DNA from: Octopus sinensis | Taxonomy: Eukaryota | Direction: 5' to 3' | Assembly: GCF_006345805.1 (NCBI RefSeq) | Contig: NC_043019.1 | Location: 12,461,360 to 12,525,359, forward strand | DNA: 64,000 nt | Shown here: positions 13,182 to 24,860 of the stretch, piece by piece | Numbering within the stretch: position 1 is the stretch's first letter | How the letters are laid out: each line of letters opens with the position of its first letter | Position numbers and translations under genes: made by a program | The notes under the pieces: model-generated | Database searches by the model: none | What the model was told of the DNA's origin: nothing | What the model saw: the letters and a program-made list of their open reading frames with translations, nothing else

Positions 13182-13927
13182 CAAAGGTTGGACAGACAGA
13201 ACACGACAAAAGACGAAAGCAGAGCAAACGGGAAACTAGACGATAACGTAACGGACATGGAATATTGACAAAGACACGATACACGGAATATTCGCAGCTG
13301 AATTTTCAAGTCAGTCAATGAACCAAAATATCATAGTGGTTTCGCGCCATTATCATTGAGACCACTCAATCTTGGAGGCGCCAGTGCTGTCATTTAGTTA
13401 CTGGGAAAAAGCTAGCGAATGTATACTGAGGTTTCTTTCAGTTTCTATCAAACAAATCTACTCACAATGCTTTGGTCGTCCCAATGCCACGTATTGGACT
13501 AAACCCGAAACCACATGGGTGGGAAGAAAGCTTCTTACCATACAGCCACGCCTGCGTCGTTTTTGATATTCATAGAGACAGACAGTTGAAACTTCTAAAT
13601 TGGTGTCAAGGCAGGCTTCTGATTGGCTAAAATTACATAATTTTAAATGCACGTAACTTTATTATTTTTAATTTCCAGGGAAGAAAATAAATACGATTTT
13701 CCTTATCAGAAAAAAAAATTGAAAACAAAAGTGAGATGAAACATTAAAATACTTCAAATGGTTAGAAGAAACTTAACATGATCCAATTTGACTCACCATC
13801 ATAAAATCGTGGGTTCGATTCCTGGATCGGACAGCGTGTTGTGTCTTCCTTGAACAACAAACTTCATTTCACGTGGCTTCAGTCTATTCAGGTGTAAATG
13901 AATACCAGCCGAATACTGGTTGCATCT

Positions 13928-13972
<45 letters not shown>

Positions 13973-14986
13973 CTCATTGTCCGTCTGTTTGTCTATCTCT
14001 CTGACAATCTCTGTCTCTGTTTGTCTGTCTGTCTGTCTGTCTCTGTCTCTCTCTCTCTCTCTCCATTTCTCTCTTCCTCCAACTGTCACATCCTGAATGC
14101 TAAGAGAACCAAGAATCTCCACATCTGCTCGTTACTACAAAGACACTTAAAACATGGTGTGTGAGACTTGGCTGTGTGATCAGGAGCTTGTTTCCCAACC
14201 ACACGGTTCCGGGTTCAGTCCCACTGCGTAGCACCTTCAGGAGTGCCTTCTACTATAACCTCGGGCCAGCCAAAGCCTTGTGCATGGAATTGGTAAACGG
14301 AAACGGAAATACATGTATATTTGTGTGTGTGTCTTTGTGCTTGTGTTTTTTTCCTCACCATCGCTTGTCAGCCGGTGTTCGTGCATTTACGTCCCCGTAA
14401 CTTGGCGATAGAATAAGTACCGGGATTACAAAAATATATACAGGAGTCGATTCCTTCGACTAAAAATTCATCGAGGTAGTGCCCCAGCACGACCACAGTC
14501 TAATGACCGAAACAAGCAAAAAGTAAAGGATAACAACAGCAATTCGGGACGACCAGCCGTCACTTGCGAGCGACTATCGTTTGGTAAAATTCTTTATCTT
14601 TCATGTTTTATTTGTTTCAGTCGTTAGACTGCGGCCATGCTGGGGCATCACCTTGTAGAAATTTTAGTCGAATGAATCGATCCCAGTACTTTTAAAGACC
14701 GGTGCTTACTCTATTGACCTCTTAAACCGAACAGCTAAGTTACAGAGACATAACCACACCAACACAGGTTGTCAAGCAGTGGTGGGGGACAAACACACAC
14801 ACACACACACACACACACGTACATGTATACGATGGGTTTCTTTCAGTTTCCGTCCACCAGATCCACTCACAAGACTTTTGGTCAGCCCAACGCTACAGCA
14901 GAAGACACTTGCCCAAGGTGCTGCGCAGTGGGACCGAATCCTGATCCATTTGGTTGTGAAGCAAGCTTCTTACCACACACCTACGC

Positions 14987-15035
<49 letters not shown>

Positions 15036-15188
15036 TGTGCTTATATGTATGTATGTATGTATGTATATATATATATATACATAAATTATATACATACGTG
15101 TATACAAACATACATATGTATATATATATATATACACACCACACCACACATGCTATATATACATATATATACATACATACATACATAT

Positions 15189-15237
<49 letters not shown>

Positions 15238-15682
15238 CATACACACATGTATAACTCGTTTACACATGCACATATTAACCCGGATTCTAACCGGAACCAG
15301 TAAACGGCCCATCGAAATACACCTACTACGCCCTCCCCTTCTCCCTTTACCCTTTATCCACCTCTCCCTCCATTCTCTTCTTCTTCCTCTCCTCCTCCTC
15401 CTCCTCCTACCTCCCCCCACTTCCAACCAATCTATTGCCCTCCTTTCAATGAAGGTGAGCTGTTGTTACTGCTCTTCTTTTCCATTTCCCAGGAAAGCAC
15501 CACTGCTACGACAATGGCATTCCTTCGCACCCCATCCACCCTACCCGCCCCTACATCTCAACCCTGACATCTATTTCACTTGCATACAACCCTAACCCCT
15601 CAAGCCCTTCTCCATAACTGTACCCATATATTTCTTTCTCTGTTCATGTATATGTGTAATATTATATATATATATATATATA

Positions 15683-15722
<40 letters not shown>

Positions 15723-16370
15723 TTGTGTGTGTGTGTAGGTGTGTATATATATATATATATACATACGTATATATGGTGTGTGTGTGTGTGTATATATATA
15801 CACATATATAAATACATATATATTACAGTTCATGTATATGTTATATATATATATATAATGTTTGTGTGTGTGTGTATGTGTGTGTATATATATATATGCG
15901 TATATATAAGTGTTTGTGTGTGTGTATATATATATATATATACATACATATATATGGGTGGGTGTGTGTGTGTGTATATATACACATATATAAATACATA
16001 TATATACATATCTATAGTGTATATGTATGTAAGTATTATGTATGCATGTATATATGTGTCTATGTATGTTATACATACATGGACACGTTTCTTTTCAAGG
16101 GAGATAATGGAAATTTGCTTCGTGTTCTTTCCCACCACTATTCGCTCTTGTGTCCCTTTCCGTTAAGGGCCGCCCCATCCACCAATCGCATCGCTAGCCG
16201 GAGGCAGGGGTCTCCGGCTCCTGACATCGCCAGACAACTTTCTGACATCTCCTTCAAAACCACCACCACCACCACAACCACCACCACAACCACCACCATC
16301 CACCACCACCATCCACCACCACCACCACCGCCGCCACCACCACCACCACCACCACCACCACCACCACCAT

Positions 16371-16404
<34 letters not shown>

Positions 16405-17631
16405 GACTACTTTTCCCTTGCACAGTACCGCCACCTCCCTTGTGATCCCTTTTTTCGCTTCTATCTCATGTATTTCATCCTCTACCTTTCCCTCAACACC
16501 CTTACTCATTCCCTTCTCCTCCCCCTCCCCCCTCACCGGTAGTTCACCTTCACTTTACTCATTCTGCTACTCTTTCTCCCACCTTTTTCACCCCCTTTCT
16601 TTCCTTCCTCTCCTTTCCACGTCTTCATCCGCTAACCTTCTTTCTGAAAATACCCCCTACCCTCTCCCGTCCAGTTTGCCGCCGCCACCTCCTTAGCCAC
16701 CCCTATTCACATACACACCCGTCGCTGCCACTGGTACCACACCACAATCAACACCACCACCACCTCCACTACCACCATCATGACCGCTACGACAATCACG
16801 GCTGTCACTACCAACAACACCACCGCCACAACCACCACTGCCACCATCACAACGATCACCATCCCCACTATCACCACCATCACCATCATCATCACTGTCA
16901 CCACCACCATCACCAGCACCAGCACCAGCACCACCACCACCACCGCCACCACCATCATCACCACCATCACCACTACCACCACCACCACTATCACAACCAC
17001 CATCACCTCCATTACCTCCATCAACACCACAACGATCACCACTCCACCATCACCACTATCCTCATCATCATCACTGTCACCCCCACCCCCACCACCATCA
17101 CGACAACTACAACTATCACGACCGCCGCCACCACCATCCTGACCGCTGCCATCTCTACCGTCACCACCACCACCACCACCACCACCACCACCATACCCTC
17201 TCCCTGCCCTTTACCCACAGATCTCATTGATCAAAACGTTTCCTTCTGTGTACATCCTTCCATTCTATGGGCTCCCAGCAATTACCGGAGCCATTAACCC
17301 TAAACCAACCTTTCATACCAGGATGTGTCTGAGTCTGCTTCTTTTTAAAACGGTGAGTTGCCAGGAGCGTTTTAAGTGCGTCGTGGAATTTTGGAAAAAG
17401 AAAAGAAAAACATGTGTATAGGAGCAAACATTGGTGCTTGTGTGGTTAAGAAACTCGCTTCCTTAGGTCACGGTTTCGTGTTCAGTCCCACTGCGTAACC
17501 ACCAAGCTGTAAACTGAAAAGCATGCCTTGTGAGTGAATTTGGTAGATAGGAAGTTGCGCGAGTCATCTAAGAGACCAAGAGTCAGGGAAAAGATGCACT
17601 TGTATATCTGTCAGTAGAGCAGATATGTTAC

Positions 17632-17818
17632 CCGAAACATATAGTATTAAATATCCATCACGGTTGGTCTTACCAATCGGTTCCGCGTAAAAAGACATCA
17701 GCTAACTCTGATGAGTGTAAAGTTATGTAGTCGGTTTGTTACCTAACACTCCATTGTATTTTTTACGCGAAACCAATTGGTAAGACCGGCCGTGATGGAT
17801 ATTTAATGCTATACATTT

Positions 17819-17821
<3 letters not shown>
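17632..17821. mobile_element. 190-bp MITE with about 60-bp terminal inverted repeats
   Basis: CCGAAACATATAGTATTAAATATCCATCACGG...GCGTAAAAA is mirrored by TTTTTACGCG...CCGTGATGGATATTTAATGCTATACATTTCGG. Confidence 0.75.
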
Positions 17822-17862
<41 letters not shown>

Positions 17863-18529
17863 TATATATATATGTATGTATGTATGTGTGTATGCATGGA
17901 TATGTATACACAGTTAAAATAAAAGAAGGAATATGCACACAATTTACATAGTTTTAATATACTTTTAAATATATTTTGTAAGTGAAAGCGTGTTGTGTTT
18001 GTCGACTGGTTTCGCTTTCACTAATCATGATATTGATTGTGCAGAGTATTTCCTGAATGAATGAATCAGCAAGTAGAAAATCTAAGGGGAGGTAAATGGT
18101 GATCGTTATTATTCAGGTCAGAGGAGATAATTGCTCCTCGTTTGTGGAGGGGATAAAAATGCAAAAACTCAAAAGCTAAGGTAGTGAGATGAAATATTTA
18201 GTGATGGGTATGTGATCATGAATGAAAATATATACTATGACCAAAGTTGGTTATGATTCATATTGATGCGTGTTCTGTATTTTTTGATAAAAACTTTTCT
18301 TTATTGTACAGAAATTGTTCCTTTGCACTGTGTAAAGTTTGGTTGGATATTACACATCTATATGTGTTCACTCAAAGAAATATGTCTGTACTGCAGGAAA
18401 CAGATCTGTTCCTTATGCGATGTGGTTCTCCGTCTAAGTGTCATACCTGTCTGTCCTATATAGTTATGTCACAACCTGAACAAATTATAACATAAATTAG
18501 ATTCTCGGAAGCACGAGTGAAGTTGGCTT

Positions 18530-19150
18530 TAATTGTGAACCTCTCCTTGTTTGAATAGGAATTCCAAGCTTTCCAGTAGGTTCGGGCATGTTACACAGTT
18601 TGGGCGTTCACATTTTTTAACCGTTGGTTTCGTGGTTGTTGTGTAAAGCTTTGCATTTGTCTGAAGTATTTTCAGCGATTTGTGTTGCTTTTTGCATTTG
18701 ATGAATTTATGTGTTTTTAGAATGTTGTTCATTTTTGGATCTCCAGTGAGCAAAGGTAGATTTTTCACAATAATATTGTAAGCTTCATTATTTCTAGGGT
18801 TGTGAGTTGATATATAACAGTAGTGTTTTGAGACGAGGTATGGTGTTGTGTTTTGTTTCCCTTAGTATTTTAATGCCTAGCGTCTTGGCATGCTTAATTC
18901 CATCGTCTATAAGTGAGGGTGGATATTGTCTTTCAGTTAGTGTTTTTCTGAGGTCTTGAAGACGGAGGTCCCATGTATTTCCAACAGACACTAGTGTGCA
19001 AATCCTCTTTGCTAAATTAAAGGAGATATTCCTTTTGATGTGTTTCGGGTGCCATGAGCTAAACAGAAGATATTGCTTCGAGTCCGATGGCTTATGATAT
19101 ATGTAAGCTACAGTTTAGTTGTTGACTTTATTAATCTAAGAAAAGGAGCT
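18530..19150 (-). mobile_element. Penelope-like element fragment (RT thumb and Cys-containing linker before GIY-YIG)
   Basis: Minus-strand translation IYHKPSDSKQYLLFSSWHPKHIKRNISFNLAKRICTLVS...RQYPPSLID, then VKKCERPNCVTCP. Confidence 0.8.
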
Positions 19151-19949
19151 GTTCCTTGCTGAAAGAAACCTCAGTATACATTCGCTAGCTTTTCCCCAGT
19201 AACTAAATGACAGCATTGGCGCCTCCAAGATTGAGTGGTCTCAATGATAATGGCGCGAAACCACTATGATATTTTGATTCATTGACTGACGTGAAAACTC
19301 AGCTGCGAATATTGTAAATTGAATGTAATGGTTTGTATTATTTAGTATTGATTTAAATTCCAAAAGTTTATCAATGGTCTCATTCCAAATGATAAAGCAA
19401 TCATTCAGTTTTCTCTTTTATAATAGTGAAACTGCGAAGTTTCACTATTTATTTACCAAAAAATACAGAACACGCCTCAATATGGACTCACAACCAACTT
19501 TGGTTTCAGTATATATTTTAATTTATGATCACATAACCACAACTGTACATATTTCATCTCACTACTTTAGCTTTTGAGTTTTTGCATATTTATTTATCAC
19601 ATCCCCAAACGATAAGCAATTACCTCCCCTGTCCCAAATAATAACGATCACTAATTACCTCCCCTTAGGTTTTTCTACTTGTTGATTCATTCATTCAGAA
19701 ACTTCTCCACCCAATACATAGAGTAAAATCTTCTTAAGAAAATATGAAATTACAATAATTTGAGTATCATGATTAGCGAAAGCGAAACCGGTCGACAAAC
19801 ACAACGCTCTTTCACTTAAATATATATTAAAAAATATATTAAAACTATGTAAACTGTGTGCATTTTCCTTCATTTATATGTGTGTGTGTGTGTGTGTGTG
19901 TACATATATACATACATACATACATATTATATATATATATTATACATAT

Positions 19950-19990
<41 letters not shown>

Positions 19991-20227
19991 TGGATAGTGG
20001 TTAGGGTGTTGAACTCATGATCGTGAGGTTGTAGTTTCGATTCTGGACCAGGCAATGCGTTGTGTTCTTGAGAAAAACACTTCATTTTCACTTAGCTGGC
20101 AAAATGATAATCCTCCGACGGACCTGCGTCCCCGTCCAGGTGGGGAATTTCTACGCCACTGAAACCGGAAAACCGGCCCATATGAGCCTGGCATGGCTCA
20201 AGAGGGAACATTATGTATATATATATA

Positions 20228-20274
<47 letters not shown>

Positions 20275-21315
20275 GCTTCCACACAACTTCCGTCTACGAA
20301 ATTCAGTCACAAGGCATATTGTTCAGCTTGCAGCTTTGTGGTAACGTAGCGGGACTGAACACGAAACCGTGTGTTAGCGAAGTGAGTTTCTTAAACACAC
20401 ACATACACACACACTTACACACATTTCTTTTTTCAAAATTCCACGACGCACTTAAAACGGTCCTGGCAACTCACCGTTTTAAAAAGAAGCAGACTCAGAC
20501 ACATCCTGGTATGAAAGGTTGGTTTAGGGTTAATGGCTCCGGTAATTGCTGGGAGCCCAAAGAATGGAAGGATGTACACAGAAGGAAACGGTTTGATCAA
20601 TGAGGGCTGTGGGTAAAGGGCAGGGAGAGGGCTATGGTGGTGGTGGTGGTGGTGTTGACGATAGAGATGGCGGTGGTCGTGATGGTGATGGTGGTGGTGT
20701 AGTGGCGATTGTGATGGTTGTAGTTGTCGTGATGGTTGTGGCAGTGGTGGCGGCGGCGGCGGCGGCGGTGGTGGTGACAGTGATGGCGATGATAGTGATG
20801 ATGGTGGTGGTGACGGTTGTGGCGGTGTTGGAGATGGTGACGGTGGTGATGGTGGTGGTAATGGTGGTGGTGGTGGTGGTGGTGGTGTTATTGGTAGTGG
20901 TAATCGTGATTGTTGTGGCGGTCATAATGGTGTTAGTGGCGGTGGTGGTGTCGATTGTAGTGTAGTGGCACTGGGTGGCGATGGGTGTGTATGTGAATAG
21001 GGGTGGCTAAGAAGGTGGTGGGGACAAACTGGACGGGAGAGGGTAGGGGGTATTTTCAGAAAGAAGGTTAGCGGATGAAGACGTGGAAAGGAGAGGAAGG
21101 AAAGAAAGGAGGTGAAATGGGTGGGAGAAAGAGTAGAAGAATGAGTAAAGTAAAGGTGAACTACCGGTGGTGGGGGTGGGGGTAAGAGGAGAAGGGAATG
21201 AGTAAGGGTGTTGAGGGAAAGGTAGAGGATGAAATATATGAGATAGAAGCGAAAAAAAGGGATCACAAGGGAGGTGGCGGTACTGGGGAAGGGAAAAGTA
21301 GCCATGAGTAGCCAT

Positions 21316-21370
<55 letters not shown>

Positions 21371-21829
21371 TGTAGTAGTTGTAGTAGTAGTAGCAGCAGT
21401 AGTAGTAGTGGTGTTGGTGGTTTTGAAGGAGATACCAGAAAGTTGTCTTGCGATGTCAGGAGCCGGAGACCCCCTGCCTCCGGCCAGCAATACGATCGAT
21501 GGATGGGGCGGGCGGCCCCTTAACAGAATGAGACAGAAGAGAATGGGACAACGTGCCGCACAGTGGGACTGAACCCAAGGCGACATGGTTGGAAAGCAAG
21601 CTTCTCAATCACATGGCCACGCCTATAAAGGAGAGATACATTTTGGATAATATACTCCTTGATACAATATGCTTAACAAAAAAGATGGGATGTTTACAGC
21701 GGGAAGACCTTTAATTTTAACATTTACTCGAGCAACGAAACAACTAACAACTCCACACCATATAGGATGTTCCAGAATTAAGTATCTGTTTCAACGAAAT
21801 TAAGCAAATAAAAAAAAAAAAAGACTCAC

Positions 21830-22080
21830 AGAATTTTATGTTTATTACCAAAACAGATTTCTGAATCTTGCGTCACACTTATATTGAAAATTTTCAACAT
21901 GTCTGTATCCCTGCATACTTCAAATCTCTCCTTTGCGTTGTAAAACTCATTTTGAAGCATTCCAGGAGTTAGCGCCTTCACTGCTAACTGAATGTGTTCT
22001 TTAAGCCCGCTAAACGACTGCTCCATCTTGGTGATGGAAGTAAAGCAAAGATTGCTGCCAAATTGAAAAAAAAAGCCGTC
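21830..22080 (-). mobile_element. Degenerate Tc1/mariner transposase C-terminal fragment
   Basis: LKEHIQLAVKALTPGMLQNEFYNAKERFEVC resembles the LKxxI...ITPxMLQN...RLxxC tail of Tc1/mariner transposases. Confidence 0.4.
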
Positions 22081-22307
22081 ATGGACAAATAAGAAGGGTT
22101 CAAAAAGAATGAACATAAAATTAGAAACAAAATTCAAAATTTATACACTTTTAACACATATTATATATGTATAAATCTTTAGTTAAATATATTCAATGAG
22201 AATATTATATACTGAATTTATATTGAGTGTTCTATTGTATCAAAGTATTAATACTATTAAAGTATTTATGTATTTAATATGAGCGATTATATACTCTTTA
22301 CTCTCTC

Positions 22308-22526
22308 TTTACTCTTTTACTTGTTTCAGTCATTTGACTGCAGCCATGCTGGAGCACCGCCTTTAGTCGAGCAACTCGACCCCGGGACTTATTCTTTTGT
22401 AAGCCCAGTACTTAATCTATCGGTCTCTTTTGCCGAACCGCTAAGTGACGGGGACGTAAACACACCAGCATCGGTTGTCAAGCGATGGTGGGGGGACAAA
22501 CACAGACACACAAACATACACACACA

Positions 22527-22591
<65 letters not shown>

Positions 22592-22738
22592 TACGACAGG
22601 CTTCTTTCAGTTTCCGTCTACCAAATCCACTCACAAGGCATTGGTCGGCCCGAGGCTATAGTAGAAGACACTTGCCCAAGATGCCACGCAGTGGGACTGA
22701 ACCTGGAACCATGTGGTTGGTAAGCAAGCTACTTACCA
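22308..22738 (-). mobile_element. CORE-like SINE with internal microsatellite
   Basis: GTTCAGTCCCACTGCGTGGCATCTTGGGCAAGTG core and GCATGGCTGCAGTCAAATGACTGAAACAAG tail on the minus strand; many other copies in the window. Confidence 0.75.
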
Positions 22739-23224
22739 AAAAAAAAAAATATATATATTTGATAATATATTATTATTAATATTAGGAAATCAATATCAAA
22801 ACACCTCAGAAAGATATACACGTGTGAAAAATGATTGTTGTATAAAAATATATGAATGAATAAATATAAATATGTAAAAAAATATATGTAAATATGTGTA
22901 AGTATAAATATATAACGTTTCTGCCAGCTCGCCACCTTATTTTGCTTCAGATTGTTCAGATTTGGATGACATAGAAAGCAGACATGTTGCCAGGCAATGC
23001 TGCGTTGTACAGGATTGGAAACGTGAGACATCGACAGGACATTTTTGGAGAATGGATGAATGGGTTTGCTGTGCTTTTACCCAGCCGCGCACACACACGC
23101 ACGTGGCCCGGTGGTTGCGCGGGATGGTAACATGAAGCATCAAGAGGGCGCCGAAAAAATTTTAATGTTCTTCTCATTTGCCAAATTGGACAAAAAGGTT
23201 TTCATGAAATATTACACGCTACAT

Positions 23225-23611
23225 GGAAGCACTCCGTCGGTTACGACGACGAGGGTTCCGGTTGATCCGATCAACGGAACAGCCTGCTCGTGAAATTAAC
23301 GTGTAAGTGGCTGAGCACTCCACAGACACATGTACCCTTAACGTAGTTCTCGGGGATATTCAGCGTGACACAGAGAGTGACAAGGCCGCCCCTTTTGAAA
23401 TACAGATACAAGAGAAACAGGAAGAAAGAGAGAGAGAAAGTTGGGGTGAAAGAGTACAGCAGGGATCACCACCATCCCCTGCCGGAGCCTCGTGGAGCTT
23501 TTAGGTGTTTTCGCTCAATAAACACTCACAACGCCCGGTCTGGGAATCGAAACCGCGATCCTATGACCGCGAGTCCGATGCCCTAACCACTGGGCCATTG
23601 CGCCTCCACAA
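23225..23611 (-). mobile_element. Full-length tRNA-derived SINE (same family as 4136-4515)
   Basis: 11-bp TSD ACACGCTACAT (23214-23224 and 23612-23622). Confidence 0.85.
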
Positions 23612-24127
23612 ACACGCTACATATAATGCATAAGTAGTGTCAATATTTTACCGTGGGAAAATGCCCTAAAACAAGGATAAAACTCAGTGCAGTCTACTCA
23701 AATCTGATTAACCTGCATTTTTTTTGGGGGGGGGGTGCATAGTCGGATAAATGAAAATACAGGAGGATCAGTTAATTAATTATGCCTTTATTCAATATGT
23801 TCCCCTCTCAGCGGTTCCTTAGTTTTTCTAAGCCCTGTAAAAGAACTCGGAAGTTTGGGCTTTCAGTTAGGCCTTTTGCAACACCCTTAAAACCAGGAAC
23901 GTTTCAGCAATCCCTTTCTTTTCTTTTATTTGTTTTCAGTCATTTGACTGCGGCCATGCTGGATCACCACCTTTACTCGAACAAATCGACCCCAGGGCTT
24001 ATTCTCTGTAAGCCCAGTATATATTCTATCGGCCCCCTTTTTGCTGAATTGCTAGGTCACGGGGACGTAAACACACCAGCATTCGTTGTCAAGCGATGGG
24101 GTTGGTACAAACACAGACACAAACACG

Positions 24128-24164
<37 letters not shown>

Positions 24165-24257
24165 CACACACACATACATGCATACCATGTATGTGTGAGT
24201 ATGTATCTGCGCGCGCGCGTACAAAATCAAAGCAAGCCAACCATTTTACAAATTGTG

Positions 24258-24263
24258 TTTATT
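24258..24263 (-). terminator. Candidate polyadenylation signal of CFAP57
   Basis: AATAAA on the minus strand about 600 nt after the stop codon. Confidence 0.3.
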
Positions 24264-24567
24264 GAATAATTTTAAATGAAACGATTAGAAGTAGATTTGT
24301 GTTGTTTGTATTAATGTTTTCTTGTTATGCTTTTGCATACATATTGTTCTTGTTAGGACAGGGAAAGGTAATGGAATCAGCAGAGCATCGCATATGAAAC
24401 GTTTAGCGGCATTTCGTCCGGTTCTTTAGGTTCTGCGTTAAAACTCCGTTGATGTCGAGTTTGCGTTTCGTCCTTTCGAGTTCCATGAAATCAGAACAAG
24501 TTGAGCACAGGTATCAATGTAATCAATCATAACCCTCCCCTAAAAAAAAATTGCTTGACTTGTGTTT

Positions 24568-24590
24568 AAATCATCATCATCACCACCACC

Positions 24591-24639
<49 letters not shown>

Positions 24640-24670
24640 CCACCATCACCATCACCATCACCATCATCAG

Positions 24671-24711
<41 letters not shown>

Positions 24712-24787
24712 CTATCATCACCATCATCACCATTACCATCATCACCATCACCACCACCACCACCATTATCATCATCATCATCACCAT

Positions 24788-24839
<52 letters not shown>

Positions 24840-24850
24840 TCATCACCATT
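24568..24850. repeat. (CAT/CAC)n array immediately downstream of the CFAP57 stop codon
   Basis: Seen directly in the sequence. Confidence 0.95.
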
Positions 24851-24860
24851 AATCAAAGCG

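Larger units (their letters stand above)
16140..21550. repeat. Large imperfect inverted duplication (arms about 16140-18290 and 19450-21550)
   Basis: Reverse-complement anchors include 17341-17366 vs 20461-20486 (exact 26-mer), 16197-16230 vs 21450-21484, and about 18050-18090 vs about 19660-19700. Confidence 0.85.

Noticed and set aside
17708-17775. Hammerhead at CTGATGAGTGT in the MITE spacer (also CTGATGA at 8725)
   Set aside because: No GAAA directly after the putative stem II and no stem I; the pairing is explained by the MITE palindrome or by chance.
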